Shown here piece by piece: positions 29,362 through 43,011 of a stretch of 64,000 bases of DNA (positions within the stretch are counted from its first letter, which is position 1; every line of letters starts with the position of its first letter). The stretch lies in assembly GCA_951406725.2 (NCBI GenBank), contig OX597825.1, positions 6,386,001 to 6,450,000 on the forward strand. Direction: 5' to 3'. A model generated the notes under the pieces. It was not told where the DNA came from. It made no database searches and saw only the letters and a list, made by a program, of their open reading frames with translations. This stretch comes from Octopus vulgaris. Lineage: Eukaryota. Both the position numbers and the translations under genes were made by a program.

Positions 29362-29603
29362 TATACATTGTGTGCGCGCGCACGGCGCGTGTGTTTGTCA
29401 ATTATGTTTGATAATAAAAAAAAAGTTAAAATATACGTTTAAACAATGTAGTAGCAGTAGTAGTAGTAGTATTAGTAATGTTATTATATTATTATTATTG
29501 TTATTACTATTACTATTACTGTTATTGTTATTATTGTTATTATTATTGTTATTATTGTTATTATTACGATTATTACAATTGTAATTGTTGTTCTTGTTGT
29601 TGC

Positions 29604-29646
<43 letters not shown>

Positions 29647-30539
29647 GCTGCGCTAATAATGCAAATGAAGAAAATACAATTTTTCTTTTAGCGAAATATT
29701 TAGTTGAGAGATTTTCCGGAAGTTTAATTGTTTTAATGAAAATTGTATCTTTAGATAAATTTGGTTTAAGTATTTTCAGAAAATTCCATAACGAATGAAA
29801 AAAAAAAAAATAATAGTAATTTTTACAAATATTAATAAAATATCGTCTAATTAATTAGTGCTGTTCAATTAAATCAACATAATCGTTAATGAACCCATAA
29901 TCGCATAAACACATGTTTAATATACATATATAGATGCCTGCAGGGCATTTGAGAAGAAATCTTTTTATATATGACAGTTTTTCGCGTGTATAAATATACA
30001 TGTGTGTGTGTGTGTTTGCATACGTGTATGTGTTTATCAGTAGAAGAGCGTGTGTGTGTGTGTGTAATGAAGAGAGAGAGAGAGAAGGAGAAGGAGAGAG
30101 AGAGAAGGAGAAGGAGAGAGAGAGAGAGCAATGGAGAGATATTATTAAACTAGATAACTTTGGAAAAGATTCTTGATCATCAATTTTCAAATGAGAATAG
30201 ATACTACAATTAATATTAAGTGATTAATCTTTCTGTAATGAATTGTTTGTATTTGTTTGTTTGTTTGTTGGTTTTTTTTTTTTTATTTTTGCTTGTTTGT
30301 TTTTAACATACCTATCTGTAATAATCTACAGATGTATCCATGGTAACTTGAATATGAAACAATTTTCCTTTATACGGTGAAATATGTGTGTGTGTAAGAG
30401 AGGGTGAGAGAGAGAGAGAGAGGAAGAGAGATACTGGGAGAGACAGAGAGTAAGAATGTGCGTATATACATAGACAGAGAGAGAGAGAGAGAGAGAGAGC
30501 AAGATAGATAGATAGATAGATAGATAGAGAAAGAGGTAG

Positions 30540-30597
<58 letters not shown>

Positions 30598-30613
30598 GCA
30601 GACAGACAGATAG

Positions 30614-30652
<39 letters not shown>

Positions 30653-30750
30653 CAGAGACAGACAGATCGATAGACAGAGACAAACAGATAGATAAATAGA
30701 TCGATCGATCGATAGATAGATAGATAGATAGAGAGAGAGATAGATAGGCT

Positions 30751-31220
30751 CAGGTGGTACGAATAATTCATCAGACAGTTTATTAAGCTCATAATTCTAG
30801 TGTATATTGTGGACGTTTTGAGAGAGATCAGGAAAAGATTTCGTCTCAAAAGCATGAGCACCGACACCAAGACAATGCTCCCGTCCTTAATTCCATCCAG
30901 TTAACCAACTGCTTCACCACAAATGGGCTCCAAAACTGTCTTTCATGTTCTCTCTCAGCCCAGACCTTGCTCCCTGTAACGTGTAGTAGCCCCCCACCCC
31001 AATCAAGCTGAAAGAAGTGATGAAGGAGGTTATGACAAGAGTCGTGAATAGTTAGTTTGGAGGACTTCCATGGGGCCTTTACGAAGGGATTAGAGGGATA
31101 CAACAAGTGCATTGACGTTAGAGGATCCCACATTTAAAGAGAATAGAGAGTACTGTACTTCTTTAAAATTGATATCTGTCTCTCCTAAAAAAAGTTTCTA
31201 AACGTCTGGAATGCACATTA
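30751..31220 (+). mobile_element. Mariner-like transposon remnant, internally deleted
   Basis: CACCAAGACAATGCTCCC encodes HQDNAP and CCAGACCTTGCTCCCTGT encodes PDLAPC, both DDD-domain motifs. Confidence 0.65.
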
Positions 31221-31227
31221 TACATTA

Positions 31228-31282
<55 letters not shown>

Positions 31283-31429
31283 CGAAAACAAATAAGTTCA
31301 AAGCGCAAACAACGAGAGAAACAAATGGAAAAGAGGACAAGTAACGGAAAGAACGACCCTTCATCAGTTGTCGGCTTTCTATCTACTCGTCATTTCGAGC
31401 ATTGAGCGACAGTATATGTATATATATAT

Positions 31430-31650
31430 ACTCTTTTACACATTTCAGTCATTTAACTGCGACCTTGCTGGAACACCGTCTTTAGTCGAAGAAATCGACC
31501 CCACGACTTATTGTTTGTAAGCTTACGACTTATTCTATCGGTCTTTTGCCGAACCGCTATGTTTCGGGGGATATAAACACACCAGCATTGGTTTTCAAGT
31601 GATGGTGGGGGTACAAACACAGTCACAAAGACACACACACATAAATATAT
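31430..31650 (-). mobile_element. SINE family B, 3' half
   Basis: Reverse-complement match to the family B tail. Confidence 0.8.
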
Positions 31651-31661
31651 GTTCATATATA

Positions 31662-32370
31662 CTGGGTCATCCCATGAATAATACGGTTTTTTGTTATACC
31701 TTTATTTTTCAAAATTAAGATGAACAAAGTCCGTTTTTAATCTAAAATATACTCACCTTCATTTCTTACAATGCTCTTCCATCGATCTGGTAGACTTGCA
31801 AAACCCCTCTTCCCAAATCCACTTGTCAATGACGAAAAATACTCCTCCAGTCTGACCTCGTCTACAAAATTCATATTTTCCTGTCCAAATGATTTTGAAG
31901 ACTGCGGAATAAATGATAATCAGATGGTTCAATGTCTAATATGATGGGTGGGGCATCGTTTCCCATTGAAACTGTTCCAGCCTTTGGAATATCATCCGCA
32001 ATGTATGTGGCCGAGCATTATCATGAAGAAAGAACAGCTTTCGTTTTGAAACGAAAGGTGGTCGTTTTTCTTCTAGCGCTGACTTGAATGACTGGTTGAG
32101 TGACCAAATCCAAGCCTCTCTGATAGTTCCTCAACAGATGGGATTTTGTTCCACCAGGGTTTGAAGGACGTCCCCGACAAGATCTACGGATCTTCTTGGA
32201 TGAGGCTCATCTTCTAGGCTGTAGTTTCCAGCTCGGAATTTCTTGAACCACCGTTGTCACTGACTGACATTTACTTTCCAATCTCCATATACTGCATTGA
32301 TATTCCTCGCGCTTTCCGTTGCGCTGTTGCCGAATATGCTCCTTTGTCATTTCCAAATAAATTAGATGTC
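31662..32370 (-). mobile_element. Mariner transposon remnant (pseudogenised transposase, internal deletion)
   Basis: Minus strand encodes WFKKFRAGNYSLEDEP, LHDNARPHT and MPHPSY/DIEPSDYHLFRSLQNHL; TA-CTGGGTCATCCCAT terminus at 31660. Confidence 0.85.
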
Positions 32371-32678
32371 CAATTTTGTAATTAATAAATAATTATTAAT
32401 TTAATTATCTCTATTTTCTTAAAAATATATATAATTCCCGGTTTATCCAATTGCAGTTGAATATTAAATATAATATACAATACCTTTTGTAATAGGTAAT
32501 AAACCATCATATTCTTCGGATTTTATTAACCCTTAATAACGTTTGCAACCTTTAATTGAACTTATATATATTAATAATAATAATAATATAACAACAAAAG
32601 AATTGATGAGACCTCGATATTATGTAAAATAGAGGAATTTATCTATAAATATAATATGTAACAATTAGTTGGTTGTCA

Positions 32679-32741
32679 TAATAAAACTCAGAGTTTCGGA
32701 TGCCGAGGCTGTAGTCTGCTCCGGCATCTCATCAGTTATTA
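32679..32741 (-). ncRNA. Type I hammerhead ribozyme motif
   Basis: Minus strand: TAATAA-CTGATGA-GATGCCG...CGGCATC-c-GAAA-CTC t GAG-TT-TTATTA; perfect 6-bp stem I. Confidence 0.7.
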
Positions 32742-32759
32742 AGACAAACGCGTTTGTTT

Positions 32760-32822
32760 TAATAGCTGATGAGATGCCGGAGCAGACTTCAGCTCCGGCA
32801 TCCGAAACTCTGAGTTTTATTA
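32760..32822 (+). ncRNA. Type I hammerhead ribozyme motif
   Basis: TAATAG-CTGATGA(32766-32772)-GATGCCGGAGC agacttca GCTCCGGCATC-c-GAAA(32804-32807)-CTC t GAG-TT-TTATTA; 11-bp stem II; predicted cut after GUU at 32816. Confidence 0.75.
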
Positions 32823-33983
32823 TGAGAACCAACTAATTGTCACACACACACACACACATTTATATTTCTGACTTTCATGACTTTCATTTCCAAAGATTAG
32901 CAAGACTTCATATCCTGGACAACCAACATGAATCCTTACAGAGCGTCAGCAACAAAGAACACAGCCACGCACTTAACAAGGAATCAGGACAAATACCATC
33001 TCTAACTTCCACGTGTCTCACGAGTGAGAAAATTATGGAAGTAGTTGTTCCGACTGCCACAAACGAGTGAGATGCCCAAACAACACGAACAAAAATTTAC
33101 CTAATGTTTCTGGCTCGTAAAATTTCAAATCATGACTTGACTTATGTATAACTTAGATGATAGTGGAGGAGGACTACACTGGATCATCCATTAAGTTTTA
33201 GCAAGGAATTCCTAGGCAACAAGGCATGCAGTAACCTGATCAAACGAGTCTATGTTGTTGTTTTTATTGCTTTAAAGCATGCATCACGGAGCAATGTTGC
33301 TGCATATTGATTTTCTGCTAGTTGAAGCTTAATCACTAATGCTCGGATCCGTATCGCATAATATTCCAGAAGTTCGGTGTTTATACGCTTACGGTAAAAC
33401 AATCTTTAAGCATTTCACTAAGAGTTGACGAGTCATCAGTTATCTTGAGACTCAGCCTGCTAATGCGTTGCCTAGGAAGCAGCGCCACACATGGAATATA
33501 TGAATGTATAATTAGCTTATAGACTGACTGTATATTCAACAAGTAAAATAAAGGAGGTATTGATATTACATTTATTCCTTGGTTACGATCGTTTCAAAAA
33601 CAGATGGCTCAGATAAACTATTTAGCACAGTGGAAAGCATAACCATGTATACAAACAATGATTATATAATTTTAAGCTATATTACATGCAACCCACCTTT
33701 CATCTCGTCAATACCGAATGAACAAATCAATAAATATCCACCTATATATATATATACACACACACATACACACGTAATCAGCGGGAGGAGCTTATATTGT
33801 TGTAGTGATAACGAAATAACTTTGACATAGAGCAAATATACAGAGCGGACAACGTATTTGTGTACCAATCGATAAAATTGATTGTGACACTGGTTTTATT
33901 AACTACAGTAGATAGTGAGATAGCGGGCTTCTGGGGCAGGGAAATAAGTACTTAATTTGGGCTTCAGTTAACACTGAGTCATA

Positions 33984-34122
33984 GCCCCCCCCCCTGCCAG
34001 AGCCTCGTGGGGCTTTAAGTGTTTTCGCTCAATAAACACGCACAACGCCCGGTCTGGGAATCGAAACCACGATCCTCCGACCGCGAGTCCGCTGCCCTAA
34101 CCACTGGGCCATTGCGCCTCCA
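33984..34122 (-). mobile_element. SINE family C, 5' part (tRNA-derived head)
   Basis: Minus strand GTGGAGGCGCAATGGCCCAGTGGTTAGGG...GTTTCGATTCCC matches the head of 62571-62872. Confidence 0.8.
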
Positions 34123-34424
34123 CTTAAGTATAAATATATTGATATATTAATAGATCAAACTTACATAAAATACAGACACCAGAAAACATTATGAGTCCAA
34201 CAACAGTTTCTGGGGGGTCGGAGATCCATCATAATGTTGGTAGATGTAGATTATCATAATATGCAAGCCGTAATAGAAGCAAATAAACGTTGCATAAATC
34301 GGATGCCCGTCATCAGAGTGGAAAAAAATCTTACATTTTAGATTCTGATGCAGAGAAGGCTCAACTTCCAAACATTTGAGCGCTACCAAGTGTTTTCTAT
34401 ACCGAGAATCTCTGGATCTCATCT

Positions 34425-34845
34425 CTTTTACTCTTTTACTCTTTTAGTTGTTACAGTCATTTGACTGCGGCCATGCTGGAGCACCGCCTTTAGTCGAGCA
34501 AATCGACCCCAGGACTTATTCTTTGTAAGCCTAGTACTTATTCTATCGGTCTCTTTTGCCGAACCGCTAAGTTTCGGGGACATAAACACACCAGCATCGG
34601 TTGTCAAGCGATGTTGGGTGGGGTGGGGCATATACAGACACACAATCACACACACACATATATATACATATGCACATATACGACAGGCTTCTTTCAGTTT
34701 CCGTCTACCAAATCCACTCACAAGGCTCTGGTCGGCCCGAGGCTATATAATTGAAGACACTTGCACAAGGTGCCACGCAGTGGGACTGAACCCGGAGCCA
34801 TGTGGTTCGTAAGCAAGCTACTTACCACACAGCCACTTCTGCGCC
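34425..34845 (-). mobile_element. SINE family B, full length
   Basis: Reverse-complement match with a (GTAAAAGA)n tail. Confidence 0.85.
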
Positions 34846-34904
34846 TATGTTGACTATATAATAGAAACCTGATACACCTTGTTCCCTCACTTGTCTCTGT
34901 CTTT

Positions 34905-35495
34905 GGTTTTTGTGCGCGGAATTCTGTTTTTGATTCGACGGTCATTCGGAATGCTCACAGCAGCCATATTCCTGCCACTCTATGTCACGCTGGTGAGACC
35001 CATATTGGAGTATGGGATTCAAGCCTTATCTCCTCAAAGACATACAGCACCTCGAAAGAGTCCAGAGGCTGGCTACCCGCATGGTTCATGGTCTCAAAAA
35101 TTTGTCCTACGAAGAAAGGCTGAGGACGCTCGACCTTTATTCTCTTGAAAAACGCCGCCGCCGTGGTGATCTCATTCTCGCCCACAACATCATAAGCGGG
35201 AAGTGTAACCTCTCGAAAGAGCTGTTCTTCACTCCTGCTCCGGAGCGTCGGCTGCGGGGTCATACCGAAAAGCTCTACCTGCGACGATTTCATCTCAATC
35301 GAAGGAGAGGAGCTTTCTCCGTCCGGGTTGCGGATCCGTGGGACAAGCTGCCAGACGAGATGGTGAAGATGCCGACGACCGCTTTGTTCAAAGCCTCCCT
35401 GGACCTCAAGTGGCCTGAACTCTTTACATGAACACCACCCTGTACTTAACTCCATGTCCCCCTACATGGCCTTGCTATTTGCTTTTGAGCCAAAT

Positions 35496-35532
<37 letters not shown>
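34905..35532 (+). mobile_element. CR1-type LINE 3' fragment with (AACT)n tail
   Basis: LIRRSF...LYVTLVRPILEYG, then after a frameshift PYLLKDIQHLERVQRLATRMV..L..LSYEERLRTLDLYSLEKRRRRGDLI...RLRGH..KL...FSVRV...W..LP; classic CR1 ORF2 C-terminus. Confidence 0.92.
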
Positions 35533-35533
<1 letters not shown>

Positions 35534-36099
35534 CATTTGAACCCCCTAACACACACACAATTAGTGTGTGTGTGTGTGTGTGTGTGTGAGTATGTGTGTG
35601 CAAATGGTATTTAGCAAAGAAACAAGAGTAAATCAATTCGACAAAGCGAGCGAGCAAAACGAGGTAAAAAGTAACACGTTCCTACCGTCTCAGCTTGTTC
35701 AGTGCTATATTGAGGGAGTTATAATATGTTACTGTTTACGCAGTGTTGCTTAATCTCTTATTGTAAACAACTGTAAGCTAATGAAGGAAATAATTAGTAT
35801 TCCTTTGTTATTTATTCTTAACGTCTGGTTCTAGATTTCGTTGTCGTCTGTATGAGCATCCGGAAGACAGTGTTATTTCGTTACTTCTGACTACCCAAAG
35901 GAAGTAACCTTTTAACCAAACGGCAATACCGGAAACTCTACATAACAAATTCCAATATATGAGGCAGATAATTCAGAAACAGATTTAGTTTTGTCGTCTG
36001 AAAATCTCTTTACTTTCACTGAATATTGTAACTTGCAAGTTGCTATGTATTATCACTAGCGAAATAAAATAATATTCATGTATGCATATATGTTTGTAT

Positions 36100-36412
<313 letters not shown>

Positions 36413-36693
36413 CTATATGATCAGCGAGACAGAGCTTCATCCAGCGAGAGATAAATATAATTTAATGTACACCATATTTAAAATAAGAGTTACTTATAGT
36501 TTCTGCCAAGGAGACACTGAGATTAGGCAAGATTTATATAAAGTGCCTTGTGTCTCCTAGCAATCTTAGGGCTCAGGGCCTGACTATGTGTCCTGAGCCT
36601 AAAGACTGTTTGGAAATAGAAGTCACGTTATATAAATCTGTCAAATCTCAGTGATTCTATGGCAAGAAACTAGAAGTAGCTTTTATTTTAAAT

Positions 36694-37960
36694 ACGAGGT
36701 AGGGCTGAAAAGTTAATAGAGTAATGCTAGAGCTGGGAAATTAATGCATGCATTAATCTCAGATCTTCTTATTATTAACTGCATTCTTTCTTTCGAGGTA
36801 AACTAACACCTGACTGTTCAAAAAATGACTTCAGAAGTAACTAGTACCGACTTCTATTGAAAATGGACAAAGTTTGGCGCTCTTAGGGAGAGGGTTTTAA
36901 TCCCAACGGCATTCATGCTGACATTGTTGCTACATTAGGCATGAGGCTCCAGCTTTACCAACCGTGTAAAAGTTTGCAGCTGAATTTAGGAGGGGAAGGG
37001 AGAGTGTTGAAGATGACCCAAGGTCTGAATGTCCTGCAACTGCCACCACCGAGGAAAACATTGATCGTGTTCAACACATGGTGTTGGATGATAGGCGATT
37101 GGCTATAAATAAAAATAGCCCATACTATTAGCATATCCCGTGAGAGAGTTGAGAATATTATGCACAATGGAATTGGCATGACGAAGGCTTTTGCTCGATG
37201 GGTGCCACATCTTCTGACACCTGATCAAAAGTGCACCAAGCTGATTATATCACGGGAAAATCTGACAATGTTTGGAGCGGATCCAGTTGGTTTCCTTGAA
37301 TGTTTTCTAACCCAGGATGAATGTTGGCTTCATCATTTTGAACCCGAAACAGAGAGAGATAATCCATGTAAAGAGATAATCTATCCCTCTTCACTTTCTC
37401 CAAGGAAGGCCAAGGTCACTTCATTTACAGGGAAGGTGATGACCTCAGGTTTTGCGATTTGAAAAGTAGTGTGTTTATCGACTGTCTTCAAAAGAGGCAC
37501 ACCATCAATGGAGGGTACTATGCCAACTTGCTGGGGTAGTTACAAAAGGCTATCAAGACCAAACGCCCAGGAAAACTGATGAAAGGCCACTTGTCTCATC
37601 AGGACAATACTCCAGCACACATCTCCTTGGTTTCAATGGCTGCCGTGCATGACTGTGACTTTTGATTGGTTGATCTCCGCCCTTATTCTCCTGATTTGAC
37701 CCCATCTGACTATCATCTGTTCTCCAACATGAAAATATCACTTGGCTGGGAACCATTATAGCAGTGATGATGACGTCATTTCTGCCGTTTATGAGTTTTT
37801 GACCAGCGTAATGAAAGCTTTTTCACTGATGAGCTCTAAGAACTGCAACACCGATGGAAGAAGTGCGTGAACCGCAAGAAGGACTATATTGAAAAATAAA
37901 CCTTATTTGGTCACATTCCATGCGAGCATCTAGATCAGCCTATGAAATTGTCAACCGATT
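36694..37960 (+). mobile_element. Near full-length decayed mariner element
   Basis: ARWVPHLLT, TQDECWLHHFEPETER, HQDNTPAH and PPYSPDLTPSDYHLF motifs with stops and frameshifts; about 1.27 kb; degenerate TIRs. Confidence 0.92.
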
Positions 37961-37974
37961 TTTGATGTCAAGTT

Positions 37975-38430
37975 TCCGGTTAAAGGCTTACTGGCAAAGG
38001 GAACGATACAAATGTCGACTAAGAAGTGGCGCACTATGGAGTCAGTGAACAACGTCTCAAAACAACGAGACCCTGTAGTTCGAATGCCGGAAGTTATTAA
38101 GGATATTCGACAAAGGATTACAAGAAGTCTAAAGAAGTCAACACGTAAAATGGCGCAGCAGTCTCACATAAGCAGGAGGTCATGCTTATGAATGTTGAAA
38201 AGTCTAAAGCTGAAGCCATATCATTTTACATGTACAGAGCAATTAAAAGTGGATGACAAGAGCAAACGTATAAATTAATGGACATGGCTTCTGAAAAGCA
38301 GTTACAAGCAGTTGAAATAACACAATGGCACTTGCAAATGAAAGGCTGGGCGCTTTTTCGTGTATGTAAATTTATTTCTTTATTTACACCATGCAACGAA
38401 ATCCGGGATACTTTTCATGCTCCACCCTAT
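37975..38430 (+). mobile_element. Tc1/mariner-superfamily fragment (HTH region and right end)
   Basis: IRQRITRSLKKSTRKMAQQSHISRRS...LKLKPYHF; ends in CACCCTA-TA, like a TA-CAGGGTG-type terminus. Confidence 0.55.
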
Positions 38431-38567
38431 ATATGCACATATACTTGCTTAAATGTATATATGTATATATATTGATATAACTATACATATACATACGTAA
38501 ATATGTTTATAAAGATATAGTCGTTCATTGCCATTTTAAGAAAAATTTTAGATGTTTAAGACATATT

Positions 38568-38768
38568 CTTTTTTACACTAGACACAAGGCCCGAAATTTT
38601 ATGGGGAGGGGAGCCAGTCGATTAGATCGACCCCAGTACGCAACTGGTATTTAATTTATTGACCCCGAAAGGATGAAAGGTAAAGTTGACCTCGGCGGAA
38701 TTTGAACTCAGAACATAAAGACAGACATTTCGCCCGGCATGCTAACGTTTCTGCCAGCTCGCCGCTTT
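38568..38768 (-). mobile_element. SINE family A with 17-bp TSD
   Basis: GATGTTTAAGA(C/T)ATATT at 38551-38567 and 38769-38785. Confidence 0.88.
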
Positions 38769-39407
38769 GATGTTTAAGATATATTGCAAAGATGCTATTA
38801 AATTTGAGTTGGACAGAGTGTGTCTCTAACGCGATGAATAAATGGAAAATGTAGTGGAAAATCAGTTGAGAAGTGAATCTAAAGTTAAAACGGAAATATC
38901 TCGTTAGTGAGTTCGTAGAACTTTCATTATGGATCGTTAATTCTATATTTAAAGAAACGCCATTTAGTTAAACACTACTAAAACATTTGTACTCAGTTAA
39001 AGTCAGGCAGGCAATATGGATAATAGTTTCACAGTGAGTACCTCCTGTATAACCAAAAGTCAAAGAGAAAAATAATTAATAGAGTAATTAAGTTGTATTA
39101 ATCTAAATTAAATTATTAGTTTAAATATTAGTTTAAACGAATTACTCCGTTTCGACTTTCAACTACGCAGGCGGAGCACCGTTACGAAACAATTATCTGC
39201 GTTTGCATTTTTAACTCAACTTATGGTCCATCATGTGCAAATTAATTGAATCTCTTAAAATGTTTAATTAATCCGTTGTTGCCAGTCAAGAGACTTACCT
39301 ACGACATCCATAAATTCTACAACACTCTGTCTTGAATTTGACTTTGCTGCATGTCATTATACACATATTCTTCCCAATCTAGTATATATATATATTTATC
39401 TTTTACT

Positions 39408-39600
39408 TGTTTCAGTTATTAGAATGCGGCCAGGATGGAGCACCGCCTTGAAGGATTTTACACGAACGAACCGACTCTTGCAGGTTTTTTTGTTTGGTAT
39501 TCAATTTAGCGGTCTGTTTTGCCGAACCGCTACGTTACGGGTCGGTAAACACACTAACACCGGTTGTCAAGCGGTGGTGAGGCACACACTCACACACAAA
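39408..39600 (-). mobile_element. SINE family B, 3' half
   Basis: Reverse-complement match to the family B tail. Confidence 0.7.
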
Positions 39601-39723
39601 CACACACGCACACACACACACACACACACACGCATGCACGCACATACACATGTATAAGATGGTTTCTATATGCATGTCGTCGGCACCCTCTCATGTCCGA
39701 GTTTGGTTCATCTGGGGCTTCCA

Positions 39724-39761
<38 letters not shown>

Positions 39762-39989
39762 GCGTTACATGGCTGTTAAAGTCCCTTGGACCTGCTACAG
39801 TTCTAGATGCTTGCATCGAAACCAAAGGCAACCCGACTTTATCATGGGTTATCATTGTGAAGTTAAATGCAAAAGGTGATTTTATTCTTACACATCGGAA
39901 ACAATGATATATTTCTATGAGGGAATCTCTCTGTAATGCCGTTTATACTTTCACCAACCCCTTAGCCTGTCCGTTTTTGCAGAAACACA

Positions 39990-40825
39990 TCTACTTTACA
40001 CATTGTTCCTTTGTGAACAACTTGGAAATATATACAAAGAATATCAACAGTATAAAGAAAAGCTTTGATTTAGATATGATATTGTCAAGAAATATTTGGC
40101 CAGAGTTTGGAAAAGGATAAAAGTTCTTATAAGCTTATTGAGAAAGAAGCTTATTCAAGAGCGTTTCAGTCAATGTCATAGCAATTTTTACAATATGCTT
40201 TGAAGTAAGCCACAAGTAGTTTACGTTGAGTGAACACATTTCTTATGATTAAACCTGTAATCCCAAGAATCAAGGAAAATAACACCAGCATAAAGGAAAT
40301 TTAGTTCTCGAGACAATAAGTCGATAAGTACATACAATAAGTCGATAACCTACTATGTTCTTTTTTTTCTGCACCAGTGCTCATTTAGGCTACTCGCTTG
40401 GATGTTAGATGTGAAACCTGAAAATTATTTCTCTATTTCAGAAGCTTCCACATCAAATGTGATGTAGACTATTTCTACTTAAAACGAAAATAAATTGGTA
40501 GAGACTTAACATCGATATAAACAGCTTTTGCATGTTGCTTATTATATCCTTGACAACATCGACTAAGCACTAAATGTTCAACCATGAACATTTGGAATCA
40601 AGTTTGCATTTATATGGCTGGTAACTTGAGAGGTTGGAAAAGAGCTCCTCATTAAGTATTTCCCGAGTGATAAACAGAGATATGCACCCAGATAATTTGC
40701 ACAATTTGCAACAGGTTACCAGATAATTTGCAACAGGTTATCAGAAGAGATGCTGTATATGTATATCCAGATTGTTATGCATAACTACATTCCCCAAAAA
40801 GATTCAATATGACTGCAACATCGAC
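39990..40825 (+). pseudogene. Possible very decayed hAT transposase remnant
   Basis: Weak motifs in the expected order: TTWKY (TRWNS-like), ATRLDVR (ATFLDPR-like), YPD...TATS (dimerisation-domain-like); many stops. Confidence 0.25.
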
Positions 40826-40834
40826 ATAAACAAT

Positions 40835-41177
40835 TACTCTTTTACATGTTTCACTCATTTGACTGTGGCCATGCTGCAGTACCGCCTTTAGTCGAGCAAA
40901 TCGACCCCCAGGACTTATTCTTTGGAAGCCCAGTGCTTATTCTATCGGTCTCTTTTGCCGAACCGCTAAGTTACGGGGACGTAAACACACCAGCATCGGT
41001 TGTCAAGCGATGGGGTGGGGGGAACAAGCACATACATGTTCTTAGTTCAAATTCCGCCGAGGTTTACTTTGCCTTTAATCTTTTCGATAAATCAAGAACC
41101 AGTGAAACACTGTGGTCGATGTGATTGACTAGTCTCCTCCACTCAAATCTGAGACTTATAGCTTTAGTAAAAATGAC

Positions 41178-41180
<3 letters not shown>
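40835..41180. mobile_element. SINE B 3' half (minus, about 40835-41030) abutting a 5'-truncated SINE A (plus, about 41040-41180)
   Basis: Matches to both families; followed by (ATT)n. Confidence 0.75.
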
Positions 41181-41241
<61 letters not shown>

Positions 41242-41299
41242 GTTATTATTATTGTTGTTGTTATTATTATTATTATTATTATTAGATAGCAGGGATGTT

Positions 41300-42135
41300 G
41301 TCTGGGGAATTTCGCAAATACGGAACTTCAGTTTTTTGAACATCGAAAGGAAACATTTTTGTCCTGCTGTAGAAAGGTGCAATACCAAATATATTTCCAA
41401 AAAAACATTGCACCTGTTTAACAATGCACCAGGTTACCCAATTAACTTAAATGAACTTTCTGATAAAGTGAGAGCAGAGTACATCTCCAAGGAAATAACA
41501 TCTTAGCTCCAGCCAAAAGATTAAATTCTGATAGCTAACTTCAACGAATATTATTTAAGAAGAATTTTCAAACAAAATCATGAACGCGATTGACAAGAAG
41601 AACGAACATACAGTTAGAGTTTTCTGTAAAAATTTCAACATAATGGATGCTGCGCATAGCATAAGTGAGTCATGGGATGAAGTGAATCCCTCAACTATGA
41701 ATGGTGTGTGAAGAAATATGGCCAAACTATGTCCGTGACTTTACAACTTTTGGAGAAGTAGAACGTTTACATCGAATTCGGAAAGATATTACAACACTTG
41801 CAAGTGATATAGGTATAAAGTCATATAAATTCATGTAGTCGAGTTAATAGTGTTCCACAGAGAACGTTTATCTGACGAGAAGCTGATGTAGATTGGGGGA
41901 AAAAAATAATAACAAGCTTAGAATACCGATAAGAATATGGAAATTACACCGACTCTACCTAAGTTTACTACAAAAACGTTGCTAAAGGGATGGCACCTCT
42001 GTGCTAATAACAACTCTAATCGTGAATGTATCATAAAAATTACAAGAGAAGTTTATGATGAGCTCAGTTTTTATGCTGAGGTACAAACACTGATAATGCA
42101 CGTTAAACATCAAACGATTTTGAAGTTCTTTGCCC
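41300..42135 (+). mobile_element. pogo/Tigger-like transposase remnant
   Basis: HFCPAVE...LHLFNNAPGYP (LDNAPGHP-like), ITS*LQPKD (TTSLIQPMD-like) and FNIMDAAHSISESWDEVNPSTMNGV. Confidence 0.75.
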
Positions 42136-42625
42136 CTCAAGCAATTGTTGATGATGATGAACTGACTATAAGATGGAAGATAACATCCTTCATCTTCCCA
42201 CTAACTCTCAGTTCCCCACCACTCTCACCTTAGAAGTCACAGTCTTTTGTGGTAAGAACCTACCCTATTATGATATTACGCTTCTTATTCATTCCCTGAC
42301 GTATTACTCTTCAAATGTTTTTTTTTTTTAATGTTTATATATATATATCACACAGTGAATGTTGAGAAATTGTTATTTTCGTGAAAGAAAGTGGTTGTGC
42401 TCATTGTTTACTGTTGTTGTTGTTGTTGTTGTTATTTTGGGGGAAAAAAAAACAGAAATCAGTCGGAACGCATTATCGCTTTATAACATGAAAATCATCG
42501 GGGGAAGTTAATTTCCCGTTACGGGAATTTGCGTTACGATAAGTTTTCAGAAACGAATTATTTCCGTAATGCTGTAGGTCCTTGTACATACGTACATACA
42601 TACATACATACATACATACATACAT

Positions 42626-42698
<73 letters not shown>

Positions 42699-42927
42699 AT
42701 ATATATATATATATATACTCATATACATATATATATATATGTGTGTATATATATATAAAATACATACATGTTTATATATGTATGTATATGTTTGTATCTA
42801 TTTAGTCATTCATTCATTCATTATTTATTATTTATAGGAATCACCTATATATATATATTAGAAATATACAAATAAAAATATATATGTATATATTTATCTA
42901 TTTATTCTATTTATTATATATACACAT

Positions 42928-43011
<84 letters not shown>

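Larger units (their letters stand above)
32590..32840. mobile_element. Fold-back element with a hammerhead ribozyme in each arm
   Basis: Spacerless imperfect palindrome at 32661-32840 centred on ACG|CGT (32750/32751), plus a one-sided extension. Confidence 0.85.
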
